Part shown: positions 56,288 through 64,000 of the stretch, piece after piece
How the letters are laid out: the number at the start of each line of letters is the position of its first letter
Position numbering within the stretch: the stretch's first letter is position 1
Assembly (NCBI GenBank): GCA_963678065.2
Contig: CAXXVZ010000003.1
Coordinates: forward strand, 288,001 to 352,000
Reading direction: 5' to 3'
Origin: Treponemataceae bacterium
Lineage (GTDB): Bacteria; Spirochaetota; Spirochaetia; Treponematales; Rectinemataceae
Length of the DNA stretch: 64,000 nucleotides
Program-made: the position numbers and the translations under genes
The notes under the pieces: generated by a model
Told to the model about the DNA's origin: nothing
The model's database searches: none
Seen by the model: only the letters and a program-made list of their open reading frames with translations

Positions 56288-57158
56288 TTTCGACATCGCC
56301 TTCATAGGCCAGTACACCAAGGATACTATCGTGACGCGGTCCGGAACCCGCCTCGTCGATGGGGGGGCTTATTTCTACGGAGCCTGCGCCTCTCGGCGCA
56401 TGGGACTCCGCGTCGCCGCCGTCACCCGGCTCGCAGCCGCCGATTTTTCGAGTTTCGCGCCCCTTTGCGCCCTGCGCGCCATGATACGCCCCATCCCCAC
56501 CGAGGTATCGACCTGCCTCAAGCTGGACTATCCTACAGACAACCCCGACGACCGGATACTCTCGGTCACGACGGTTGCGGCGTCTTTCGAGCCTGAGGAC
56601 GTGGAGGGCATCGACGCCGCAGCCTGGTCGGTCGGGGCCTCGATCCGCGGCGAGGTGGGACTGCCGGTTCTGAGAGCCATCAAGAAGAGCGGCGCGAGAA
56701 TCGGACTCGACGCACAGGGCTATGTTCGCATCGTGGCGAATGGCTCTTTGGCTTATGACCGCAATTGGCCCGAACGCGAGGAGGTGCTCGGCCTCGTCGA
56801 CGTGTTCAAGGCCGATGTCGTCGAGGCGGAAATCCTGACAGGGACCGGGAACCTGAGGGATGCGGCGCGCATCCTTCTACGCGCAGGAGAGAAGGAACTC
56901 GTTCTCACCCACGGCGACGGAGTCGTGGTCTACGCCGACGGCTCCTTCCACGAAGCGCCCTTCCGCCCCTTGAGCCTCGTCGGCCGGAGCGGGCGGGGAG
57001 ACACCTGCCTCGCGAGCTATATCGCGGCCCGCCAGTCCATGGGCCCCGCCGAAGCGACGCGATGGGCAGCCGCCCTCACCAGTCTCAAGATGGAGACTGT
57101 CGGGCCCTTCTCGGGCAGTCCGGATGATGTCCGTACCGCCCTCAAGGAACGCTACTGA
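56271..57158 (+). CDS. PfkB-family carbohydrate kinase
   Basis: DGGAYFY, LDAQG, FKADVVEA and GRSGRGDT motifs. Confidence 0.85.
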   Translation: MRSDHDFDIAFIGQYTKDTIVTRSGTRLVDGGAYFYGACASRRMGLRVAAVTRLAAADFSSFAPLCALRAMIRPIPTEVSTCLKLDYPTDNPDDRILSVTTVAASFEPEDVEGIDAAAWSVGASIRGEVGLPVLRAIKKSGARIGLDAQGYVRIVANGSLAYDRNWPEREEVLGLVDVFKADVVEAEILTGTGNLRDAARILLRAGEKELVLTHGDGVVVYADGSFHEAPFRPLSLVGRSGRGDTCLASYIAARQSMGPAEATRWAAALTSLKMETVGPFSGSPDDVRTALKERY

Positions 57159-57259
57159 GATTTTTTACGGCTCCGAGTAGAGTTATTTAGGTAGGGGGCA
57201 GTCGCTCGGCTGCTTCCGTTGCGATTAATCCTGAAATGAAAAATTTCTTTCTTTTTTGA

Positions 57260-57304
57260 TTGACAACTTGCAAAACTGGATTTAGACTTCCTTAAACGTT
57301 TAAG
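57260..57304 (+). promoter_or_regulatory. Promoter plus perfect LacI-type operator
   Basis: TTGACA-17-TAGACT followed by the 14-bp palindrome CTTAAACGTTTAAG (57291-57304). Confidence 0.8.
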
Positions 57305-57311
57305 TACTCCA

Positions 57312-58334
57312 ATGAATGCGACCATAAAAACCGTAGCGAAACTTGCCGGCGTCTCACCCGCCGCTGTTTCCAAGGCCCTGAACGGCTACTCCGACATCGG
57401 ACCGGAGACCCGGAAACGGATCGAGGATATCTGTGTCCAGGTGGGCTACACGCGCAACCAGGCGGCAAGAAACCTCGTGACCAGGGCAAGCTCGATGCTC
57501 GGCCTCCTCATTCCGGACATCTCCACGCCCATTTACCCGGAAATTTTCAAAGGATTGGATGCGGAGGCGAAAAGGCGGGGTTTCAACCTTTTTCTCTGCG
57601 ACACCAACCGCAGCGCCGAGTTCGAGAAGGATTACATCCGCATCCTCATGGAAAATCGGGCCTGCGGCATCATCGTGGCGCCGGTGGGCAACGAGGTCGG
57701 ACATATCCTCGACCTGATACGCGGCGTCATCCCGACCATCTTCATAGGCGGCAAGGTGAACGACGACATGGACAACTATGTCGCCACGGACAACAGGCAC
57801 GGTTCGTTCCTGGCCGTGGAGCATCTGACGGGACTCGGCCACCGGGACATCCTCATGATATGCGATAACTACGGCACGAAGACGAAGCAGGACCGTATCG
57901 GCGGATACCGTTCGGCCATGCTGGAGCGGGGACTCGAGCCCCGGATCATCGCGGCGGGAGCGGGGCACGCCGAAGGCCTGGACTATGGCTACGCTTCCGC
58001 CATGTCTCTCGCGGATTCGGGCGAATTGCCCACGGCCATCTACACCTCGAGCGACATGGTCGCTCTCGGCGTCCTGAAAGCCGCGTCGGAGCGGGGCATA
58101 CGGATTCCCCAGGATCTCTCCCTCGTCGGATACGACGACATCATGTTCTGTTCCCTGCCGACCATCATGCTCACGACGATAGCCCAGCCGCGCTACGAGA
58201 TCGGCGTGCAGGCTGTCGAACTCCTGTGCAGGGCCATGCAGGAGAAGGAAGCGGGGATGAAGCACCGCGCGACGGTCCGGCCGCGCCTCGTAGTGCGGAA
58301 CTCAACGACCGCTCTCGAAGAGGAGCACACATGA
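57312..58334 (+). CDS. LacI-family transcriptional regulator
   Basis: TIKTVAKLAGVSPAAVSKALN HTH; LSLVGYDD..LTTIAQP. Confidence 0.93.
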   Translation: MNATIKTVAKLAGVSPAAVSKALNGYSDIGPETRKRIEDICVQVGYTRNQAARNLVTRASSMLGLLIPDISTPIYPEIFKGLDAEAKRRGFNLFLCDTNRSAEFEKDYIRILMENRACGIIVAPVGNEVGHILDLIRGVIPTIFIGGKVNDDMDNYVATDNRHGSFLAVEHLTGLGHRDILMICDNYGTKTKQDRIGGYRSAMLERGLEPRIIAAGAGHAEGLDYGYASAMSLADSGELPTAIYTSSDMVALGVLKAASERGIRIPQDLSLVGYDDIMFCSLPTIMLTTIAQPRYEIGVQAVELLCRAMQEKEAGMKHRATVRPRLVVRNSTTALEEEHT

Positions 58335-59101
58335 CAATCGACACGATCCTGTTCGACATGGGCGGCACGATAGAGGACATACACTTCGATCGTGCCCTGC
58401 GCCTTGAAGCCCTTCCGCTCATTCTCTCCGTCCTGGAGGCCGAAGGCCTCGTCCTCCCCGGCAGTCAGGAATCAATTCTCGAAACAATTCTCGAGCGCAA
58501 TGCCGAGTACAAGGCATGGAGTGAGCGCGAGCTGGTGGAATCTTCCGCTTCCTCGATCTGGAATGACTGGAACCTGCGGGACTATTCTCTTCCCGCCGAC
58601 AGGGTAGCCTCTGTCGCGGAACGCCTCGCATGCCTCTGGGAAACCCGCTTTTTTGACCGGCGGATGCGGCCCGACGCGGTGGATACGCTCGAGGCCCTGC
58701 GCGATCGCGGGTACAGGCTCGGAATAATCAGCAACACCTCTTCCAGGACCCAGGTGTACAAAACCCTCGAGGCCTACGGGATCGCTCGCTTCTTCGAGTG
58801 TGTCGTCCTCTCGAGCGTCGAGGGCATCAGGAAGCCACATCCCGGCATTTTCGAGGCCGCGCTTCGGGCGATGAACTCGCGCGCGGAGAGGACCGCTTAT
58901 GTGGGGGATACCCTTTCACGGGACGTGATCGGCTCAAAACTCGCGGGTTTCGCCCTCGCCTTCCAGATCCGATCCTTTCTGACGGCGCCCAGCGACGCGG
59001 CGATTCCTTCGGGCAGCGCGCGTCCCGACCACCTGGTCTCCAGCCTGAAAGAGACTGTCGGAATACTCGATTCGATCCGATCCGGAGGTGGAGAGCCATG
59101 A
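58331..59101 (+). CDS. HAD-family hydrolase
   Basis: LFDMGGT, ISNT, KPHPGIF and VGDTLSRD motifs; ATGA overlap with lacI. Confidence 0.88.
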   Translation: MTIDTILFDMGGTIEDIHFDRALRLEALPLILSVLEAEGLVLPGSQESILETILERNAEYKAWSERELVESSASSIWNDWNLRDYSLPADRVASVAERLACLWETRFFDRRMRPDAVDTLEALRDRGYRLGIISNTSSRTQVYKTLEAYGIARFFECVVLSSVEGIRKPHPGIFEAALRAMNSRAERTAYVGDTLSRDVIGSKLAGFALAFQIRSFLTAPSDAAIPSGSARPDHLVSSLKETVGILDSIRSGGGEP

Positions 59102-60975
59102 GGCCCGAAATAGCCACTCCTGAAGCATCCGGTCCCGGTCCCGGCGGCACGATCGGGCCGGCTGGCCGTCGATCCCGCGGCCTCGAGAGGACGAAAAATA
59201 TCCTCATTTCGGTCATATCGAATCCCTACAATGTAATAAGCCTCGTCTCGGTGATCCTTCTTGTCTATCTCATAATCGTGCCACTCGGCGAGATCGTCTC
59301 GACGACGCTGCGATGGCAGCCGAAGGACATCCGACTCTCCCCCGACGCCGTGCCAGGCCGCCTCACGCTCTACCACTGGAAGGCCATGTTCGCGGGCAAG
59401 ACCGCGGCCGCCATGCTCTACGGCCCCTTGCTCAACTCCCTCGCCGTCTCCCTGTGCGTATCCGTCATATCGCTTCTCACGGGCGGACTCATGGCATGGG
59501 TCGTTACGCGCACGGACATCCCGGCCCGCAAGTTCCTGTCCTTCTCGATCCTCGTTCCCTACATGCTGCCCTCCTGGTACAAGGCATTGGCCTGGATCAC
59601 GGTATTCAAGAACGACCGGATCGGCGGCTATCCCGGCTTCCTGCAGGCCATCTTCGGCATAAACCCTCCCGATTGGCTCTCCTACGGCTTTGTCCCGATC
59701 GTTCTGACGCTCTCCGTGCACTATTATGCCTTCGCCTACCTCTTGATCTCTTCCTCTCTCTCGTCGATAGGCGGCGACCTCGAAGAAATGGGAGAGATCG
59801 CCGGGGCAAACAGATTCCAGATCCTCAAACGCATAACTTTTCCCCTCGTGTTGCCGGCAATTCTTTCGTCGTTCATACTGACCTTCTCCCGGGCCATCGG
59901 AACCTTCGGCGTTCCTGCCTTCCTCGGACTCAAAACCAATTACTACACGATCTCCACCATGCTCTATTCGAGTGTCCGCTCGCGACGAACCGTACAAGCC
60001 TACATCCTTTCCCTGGTTCTCATCGTGATCGCGGTGTTCACCGTCTGGATAAACCAACGCATGATCGGCAAGCGCAAGAGCTACACGACGATCGGCGGAA
60101 AGGGGACGCGAAGGAATCCAATAGCCCTCGGCACGTGGAAAACTCCGATACTCGTCCTCATCCTCTTTTTCATCGGCATGGCAGTCCTCTTTCCTGTCGC
60201 TATCCTCCTTTTCCAGACGTTCATGCTGAAGGACGGAGTTTACAGTTTTTCCAATCTGACCATGCACTACTGGATCGGGGCCTCCGATCCGAAAATATTC
60301 GAGGGCGAGGCAGGCATCTTCCGCAATCCGGCGATCTGGACATCGCTGCTCAATACGATGAAGCTCGTCCTCACCGCCTCCCTCATCGCGACTTTCGTGG
60401 GACTCATCCTCGGCTATGTCATCTCGAGGGGACGGAAAAAACTCTCCGGTCGCGTCATCGAGCAGGTTTCCTTCCTTCCCTACCTGATTCCCTCCATAGC
60501 CTTCGGCGCGATCTACCTCTCCATGTTTTCGGTTCGCCACCTCTTCATCCCCGCCCTCTACGGAACCATGGCCCTTCTCGTCATCATCAGCGTCGTCAAG
60601 TATCTGCCCTTTTCGACCCGTTCGGGGACCAGCAACATGATGCAGATCGGCAACGAACTCGAGGAAGCGGCCATGATCGAGGGTGCATCCTTCTTCAAGC
60701 GCTTCATGCGCATCATCATGCCTCTCGCCGGAAAGGGCTTCATGAGCGGCTTCATTCTCATCTTCATCAGCGCCATGAAGGAGCTCGACCTCGTCGTCCT
60801 CCTCATGACGCCCTCCACCTCGACGCTCGCGGCGATGACCTATTCCTACGCCGAGTCCGGATTCCACCAATTCTCGGACGCCCTCATCACCGTCATCGTG
60901 CTCATCATAATGGCTGTCTACTTCGTCTCGGCCAAGATCGGAAACGTCGACATGTCCAAAGGCCTGGGAGGCTGA
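59098..60975 (+). CDS. ABC permease, FbpB family
   Basis: EEMGEIAGA and EEAAMIEGA; ATGA overlap with HAD gene. Confidence 0.9.
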   Translation: MRPEIATPEASGPGPGGTIGPAGRRSRGLERTKNILISVISNPYNVISLVSVILLVYLIIVPLGEIVSTTLRWQPKDIRLSPDAVPGRLTLYHWKAMFAGKTAAAMLYGPLLNSLAVSLCVSVISLLTGGLMAWVVTRTDIPARKFLSFSILVPYMLPSWYKALAWITVFKNDRIGGYPGFLQAIFGINPPDWLSYGFVPIVLTLSVHYYAFAYLLISSSLSSIGGDLEEMGEIAGANRFQILKRITFPLVLPAILSSFILTFSRAIGTFGVPAFLGLKTNYYTISTMLYSSVRSRRTVQAYILSLVLIVIAVFTVWINQRMIGKRKSYTTIGGKGTRRNPIALGTWKTPILVLILFFIGMAVLFPVAILLFQTFMLKDGVYSFSNLTMHYWIGASDPKIFEGEAGIFRNPAIWTSLLNTMKLVLTASLIATFVGLILGYVISRGRKKLSGRVIEQVSFLPYLIPSIAFGAIYLSMFSVRHLFIPALYGTMALLVIISVVKYLPFSTRSGTSNMMQIGNELEEAAMIEGASFFKRFMRIIMPLAGKGFMSGFILIFISAMKELDLVVLLMTPSTSTLAAMTYSYAESGFHQFSDALITVIVLIIMAVYFVSAKIGNVDMSKGLGG

Positions 60976-60977
60976 CC

Positions 60978-62174
60978 ATGAGTCGCATAGAGCTGCGCGG
61001 CATCAACAAATATTACGGCGACGTCCACGTTCTCAAGGATCTCGACCTGACCGTCGGGGATGGGGAGTTCATGACCCTCCTCGGTCCCTCGGGTTGCGGG
61101 AAAACGACGACGCTCCGTGTCATCGCCGGCCTCGAGGCGCCGCGAAGGGGAACGCTCACTATCGACGGGACAGTGGCCGCCGACGGGGAGGCCCTGTACA
61201 ACATGCCTCCCGCGAAGCGCGGCGTGAATCTCGTTTTCCAGAGCTACGCGCTGTGGCCGCACATGACTGTTGCGGAGAATGTCGCCTTCGGCCTCGCCAT
61301 CCGCAAGACCCCGAAGGCCGAGATGGCCGCCCTCGTCGAGGCTGCCCTGAAACGGATGCGCATCGACGAGTACTCAGGGCGCTATCCCTCCGAGCTCTCC
61401 GGCGGACAGCAGCAGCGCGTGGCCATAGCGCGCTCCATCGTTTCGAAGCCGCGCATCCTCCTTCTTGACGAGCCGCTGTCCAATCTGGATGCCAAGCTGC
61501 GCGTCGAGATGCGCTCGGAGCTGAAACGCCTCCACAGCGAGCTCAAAACGACGGTCATCTATGTCACCCACGATCAGGTGGAGGCCCTGACCATGTCGAC
61601 GAAGATTGCCGTCTTCTTCGAGGGAAGGCTCGTACAGGCCGACACGCCCAAGGGCATCTACAACAACCCGGCCGATATCCGCGTCGCCGACTTCATCGGG
61701 AATCCATCTATCAATTTCATACCCTGCGAGACGAAGGTCGACGGCGACAGCCTGGTCGCGGATTCCGAGCTCGGTCGCCTCGTTCTTTCCAGGATCGCGG
61801 CGCGCAACTCGGGACTCTGTGCCGGCGGAGTATCTGCCGAGGCTCGCTCTGGCGCGCCAGACAGCGGCGGAGGGGTGGCCTCTTGCGGCAAAGCGGAACT
61901 TTCCGGCAAGGCGACGCTCGCGATCCGCCCCGAACACGTCGCAGTCCTGCGCGAACCCGCTCCCGGCGCGATCGAGGGGCGGATCTATTCGGCCATGCCT
62001 GCGGGTTCGGAGACACTCATCCACACCGCGGTGCGCGGCTGCACCATCCTTGCGAAGGTGATCGGGCAGGAAGAGTATTCCTGCGACCAGAAAGTCTGGC
62101 TCAGCCTGCAGACGGACAGGATCAATGTCTACGGCGTGGAGTCGGGAAAACTCATTCTCGGAGCGATGGCCTGA
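60978..62174 (+). CDS. ABC ATP-binding protein
   Basis: GPSGCGKT, LSGGQQQR, LLDEP and YVTHDQ motifs; GGAGG RBS before ATG 60978. Confidence 0.93.
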   Translation: MSRIELRGINKYYGDVHVLKDLDLTVGDGEFMTLLGPSGCGKTTTLRVIAGLEAPRRGTLTIDGTVAADGEALYNMPPAKRGVNLVFQSYALWPHMTVAENVAFGLAIRKTPKAEMAALVEAALKRMRIDEYSGRYPSELSGGQQQRVAIARSIVSKPRILLLDEPLSNLDAKLRVEMRSELKRLHSELKTTVIYVTHDQVEALTMSTKIAVFFEGRLVQADTPKGIYNNPADIRVADFIGNPSINFIPCETKVDGDSLVADSELGRLVLSRIAARNSGLCAGGVSAEARSGAPDSGGGVASCGKAELSGKATLAIRPEHVAVLREPAPGAIEGRIYSAMPAGSETLIHTAVRGCTILAKVIGQEEYSCDQKVWLSLQTDRINVYGVESGKLILGAMA

Positions 62175-62234
62175 TTCCTCAAGGCCACGATCATATGTCC
62201 GACCCGGGAAGGCCGGGCGCCATGGAGGCATGAG

Positions 62235-63410
62235 ATGAAGAGACTGAATCGAATTGCTGTCCTCGCGGTATCGGTGGCCTGTGCGCTGTCGATTTTTTCC
62301 ACCAACCTGTACGCGGCCGATACGAAGCCGAAATCCCAGGCGGCCTGGATAGCCAAGGCCGCCCTCGACGCTCCGGACACTCAGGAACAGCTCTACGAGG
62401 CGGCGAAGAAAGAAGGCAAGGTCGTCATCTATTCGATGTCGAGCCGGATCAAGAACGTGAAGAGCGCCTTCGAGAAAAAATATCCCGGCGTCATCGTCGA
62501 GGCCTACGACATGCGCAATACCGAGATTTTCGAGAAGGTCGAACGCGAACATTCGGCCGGGATTTACAACGCGGACGTGATTTTCGCCAAGGATTCCGAC
62601 GGCACCATGGCCAACAATTTCTTCAAGGCGGGCGTCGTCTTCAGCTACGTCCCGAAGGACATAGGCGCGAAAGTCGATTCAGAGTTCAAAACTCCCGGAT
62701 TCGCCACCTACATCGAGATGAAGCTCGTCTTCTACAACACCGAGGTCTGGCAGAAGGCGCCCATCGACAGCTGGTGGGATCTCACCCGTCCCGAGTGGAA
62801 GGGCAAGATCATGCTCACCAACCCCATGGCAGCGATCGAGACCCTCGGGCTGTTCTGCAGCTTCGTGATGCACGCCGACGAGATGGCCGCCTCATACAAA
62901 CAGGAATTCGGCGAGGCGATCAAGCTTTCCCCTGGAGTCGAGAACGCGGGCTATGAGTTCATCAAACGTTTCGCGGCCAACGACCTCGTCCTCACGAACT
63001 CCGACCAGGAAGTCGTCGACGCACTCGGCGCGCCGGGACAGAAGAATCCTCCGATCGGAATCGCCACGTCGAGCAAGGTCAGGGACAAGAGCAAGGGGCT
63101 CAAGCTCGGGATCATCACGAGCCTCAAGCCCAGGACCAGCACCAAGAATCCGGCCTACCTCAACATCGTCGGCGACGCGCCCCATGTAAACGCCGCCAAG
63201 CTCCTCATCAGATTCATGGCAGGCGACGCGGACGGGAAGGGCGCGGGCTTCGAACCTTTCAATGTCGAGGGCGGCTGGCCGACCCGCAGCGACGCGCCCC
63301 ATTTCAACAATGTGCCGCTCTCCGCGATGAGCCTCTGGAACGAGGACTCCGATTACAATTTCTACAATTCGGAGGCGGTCACGTCCTTCTGGCTCTCCCT
63401 CAAGAAATGA
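62235..63410 (+). CDS. ABC substrate-binding protein (Fe/polyamine/phosphoester SBP class)
   Basis: Signal peptide; AAKKEGKVVIYS, SWWDLTRPEWKGK and APHVNAAKLLIRF motifs. Confidence 0.85.
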   Translation: MKRLNRIAVLAVSVACALSIFSTNLYAADTKPKSQAAWIAKAALDAPDTQEQLYEAAKKEGKVVIYSMSSRIKNVKSAFEKKYPGVIVEAYDMRNTEIFEKVEREHSAGIYNADVIFAKDSDGTMANNFFKAGVVFSYVPKDIGAKVDSEFKTPGFATYIEMKLVFYNTEVWQKAPIDSWWDLTRPEWKGKIMLTNPMAAIETLGLFCSFVMHADEMAASYKQEFGEAIKLSPGVENAGYEFIKRFAANDLVLTNSDQEVVDALGAPGQKNPPIGIATSSKVRDKSKGLKLGIITSLKPRTSTKNPAYLNIVGDAPHVNAAKLLIRFMAGDADGKGAGFEPFNVEGGWPTRSDAPHFNNVPLSAMSLWNEDSDYNFYNSEAVTSFWLSLKK

Positions 63411-63472
63411 CCACGAGATAATCCCGCCCGACGGGACGTCGGGAAACCGGGGTCTTCGACATTCTGCCGAAA

Positions 63473-63520
63473 CCCGCTTCATCCACTCCGTTCGCTTCCG
63501 GAGGGGGTGGATGAAGCGGG
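63473..63520 (+). other. Intercistronic hairpin after second SBP gene
   Basis: cccgcttcatccac...gtggatgaagcggg 14-bp perfect stem abutting the next RBS. Confidence 0.7.
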
Positions 63521-63533
63521 GAAGGAATCACCG

Positions 63534-64000
63534 ATGATCAACGCGATCGCATTCGACGGAAACGGAGTCCTGTACTACCGCGACCGCGATTTCGTCCTTT
63601 CGCTCATGGAGTACATTCGCGACCGCCACGTACCCGATTTTGACGCACAGGCCGGTGCGACGGTTTTCAATGACTTTATGCGCCACTCCTTCGGTGGCGG
63701 CATCGAGAAGAAGGAAGTTGTCGGGCTCTTTCTGGATGCATCCCGCATCGCCGATCCGGAGATGCGCGCCGACATAACTCAGAAGGAAGTCGAGTATTCG
63801 CGCCGGATCTGTCTTTTCCCGACCGAGAAGGAGACCCTCCTCGAGCTCTCACGCCGGGGATTCCGCCTCGGCATGATCACTAATTCCTTCCAGCCGGCGG
63901 CTGAAAAGGCTTCCTGGTTCCGCGTTCTCGGACTCGACTGTATCGCCGATGCGATCGTCTCTTCTATCGACGTGGGCTCTTCCAAGCCGAATCCGGGGAT
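63534..64000 (+). CDS. HAD-family hydrolase (partial, runs off window; absent from ORF track)
   Basis: MINAIAFDGNGVLY..GMITNS..SSIDVGSSKPNP; AAGGA RBS. Confidence 0.82.
   Translation, partial: MINAIAFDGNGVLYYRDRDFVLSLMEYIRDRHVPDFDAQAGATVFNDFMRHSFGGGIEKKEVVGLFLDASRIADPEMRADITQKEVEYSRRICLFPTEKETLLELSRRGFRLGMITNSFQPAAEKASWFRVLGLDCIADAIVSSIDVGSSKPNPG

Noticed and set aside
38129..60870. Long overlapping ORFs (e.g. 39715-41484, 42837-44471, 45056-46600, 53450-55831, 54010-56307, 58897-60870)
   Set aside because: Typical high-GC shadow frames over well-supported genes
59313..60977. 953-aa ORF suggesting a fusion to the ABC ATPase
   Set aside because: First 555 aa are an alternative frame of the permease; the real start is 60978 with GGAGG
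1..64000. tRNA, rRNA, IS/transposase, integrase or prophage genes
   Set aside because: No cloverleaf, rRNA signature or recombinase/transposase motif seen in intergenic regions or ORFs

Overview
GC-rich bacterial chromosomal window, probably from a spirochaete (inferred from a TGS-less ThrRS, long-form PPi-PFK, a large ankyrin lipoprotein and the lolA-rodZ-rimO arrangement). 1-14.4 kb is a surface-polysaccharide export locus. It has a 3551-aa Wza/KpsD-like protein with about 29 SLBB (beta-grasp) modules, expanded by a near-identical, G-skewed 2529-bp intragenic tandem repeat. A Wzz/Wzc-type co-polymerase and two WecA/MraY-family paralogs follow. 14.5-49.7 kb is mostly housekeeping: STAND-type cyclase, acyl-CoA ligase, beta-propeller lipoprotein, glgA, EamA, uvrD, rimO, rodZ, lolA, pfp, nlpD-like plus rpoS-like sigma, ankyrin lipoprotein, and clpS-clpA-aat with a B12 radical SAM gene. 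thrS is preceded by an unusually expanded Thr T-box riboswitch. 49.7-64 kb is a probable phosphosugar-scavenging cluster: 2 LacI, RpiR, two FbpABC/AfuABC-family ABC systems, PfkB kinase, 2 HAD hydrolases, a malK-like gene remnant and a structured leader. Several genes have exact leaderless-promoter geometry. I saw no rRNA, tRNA, CRISPR array, IS or RT. All calls come from reading motifs by eye; no searches were run.
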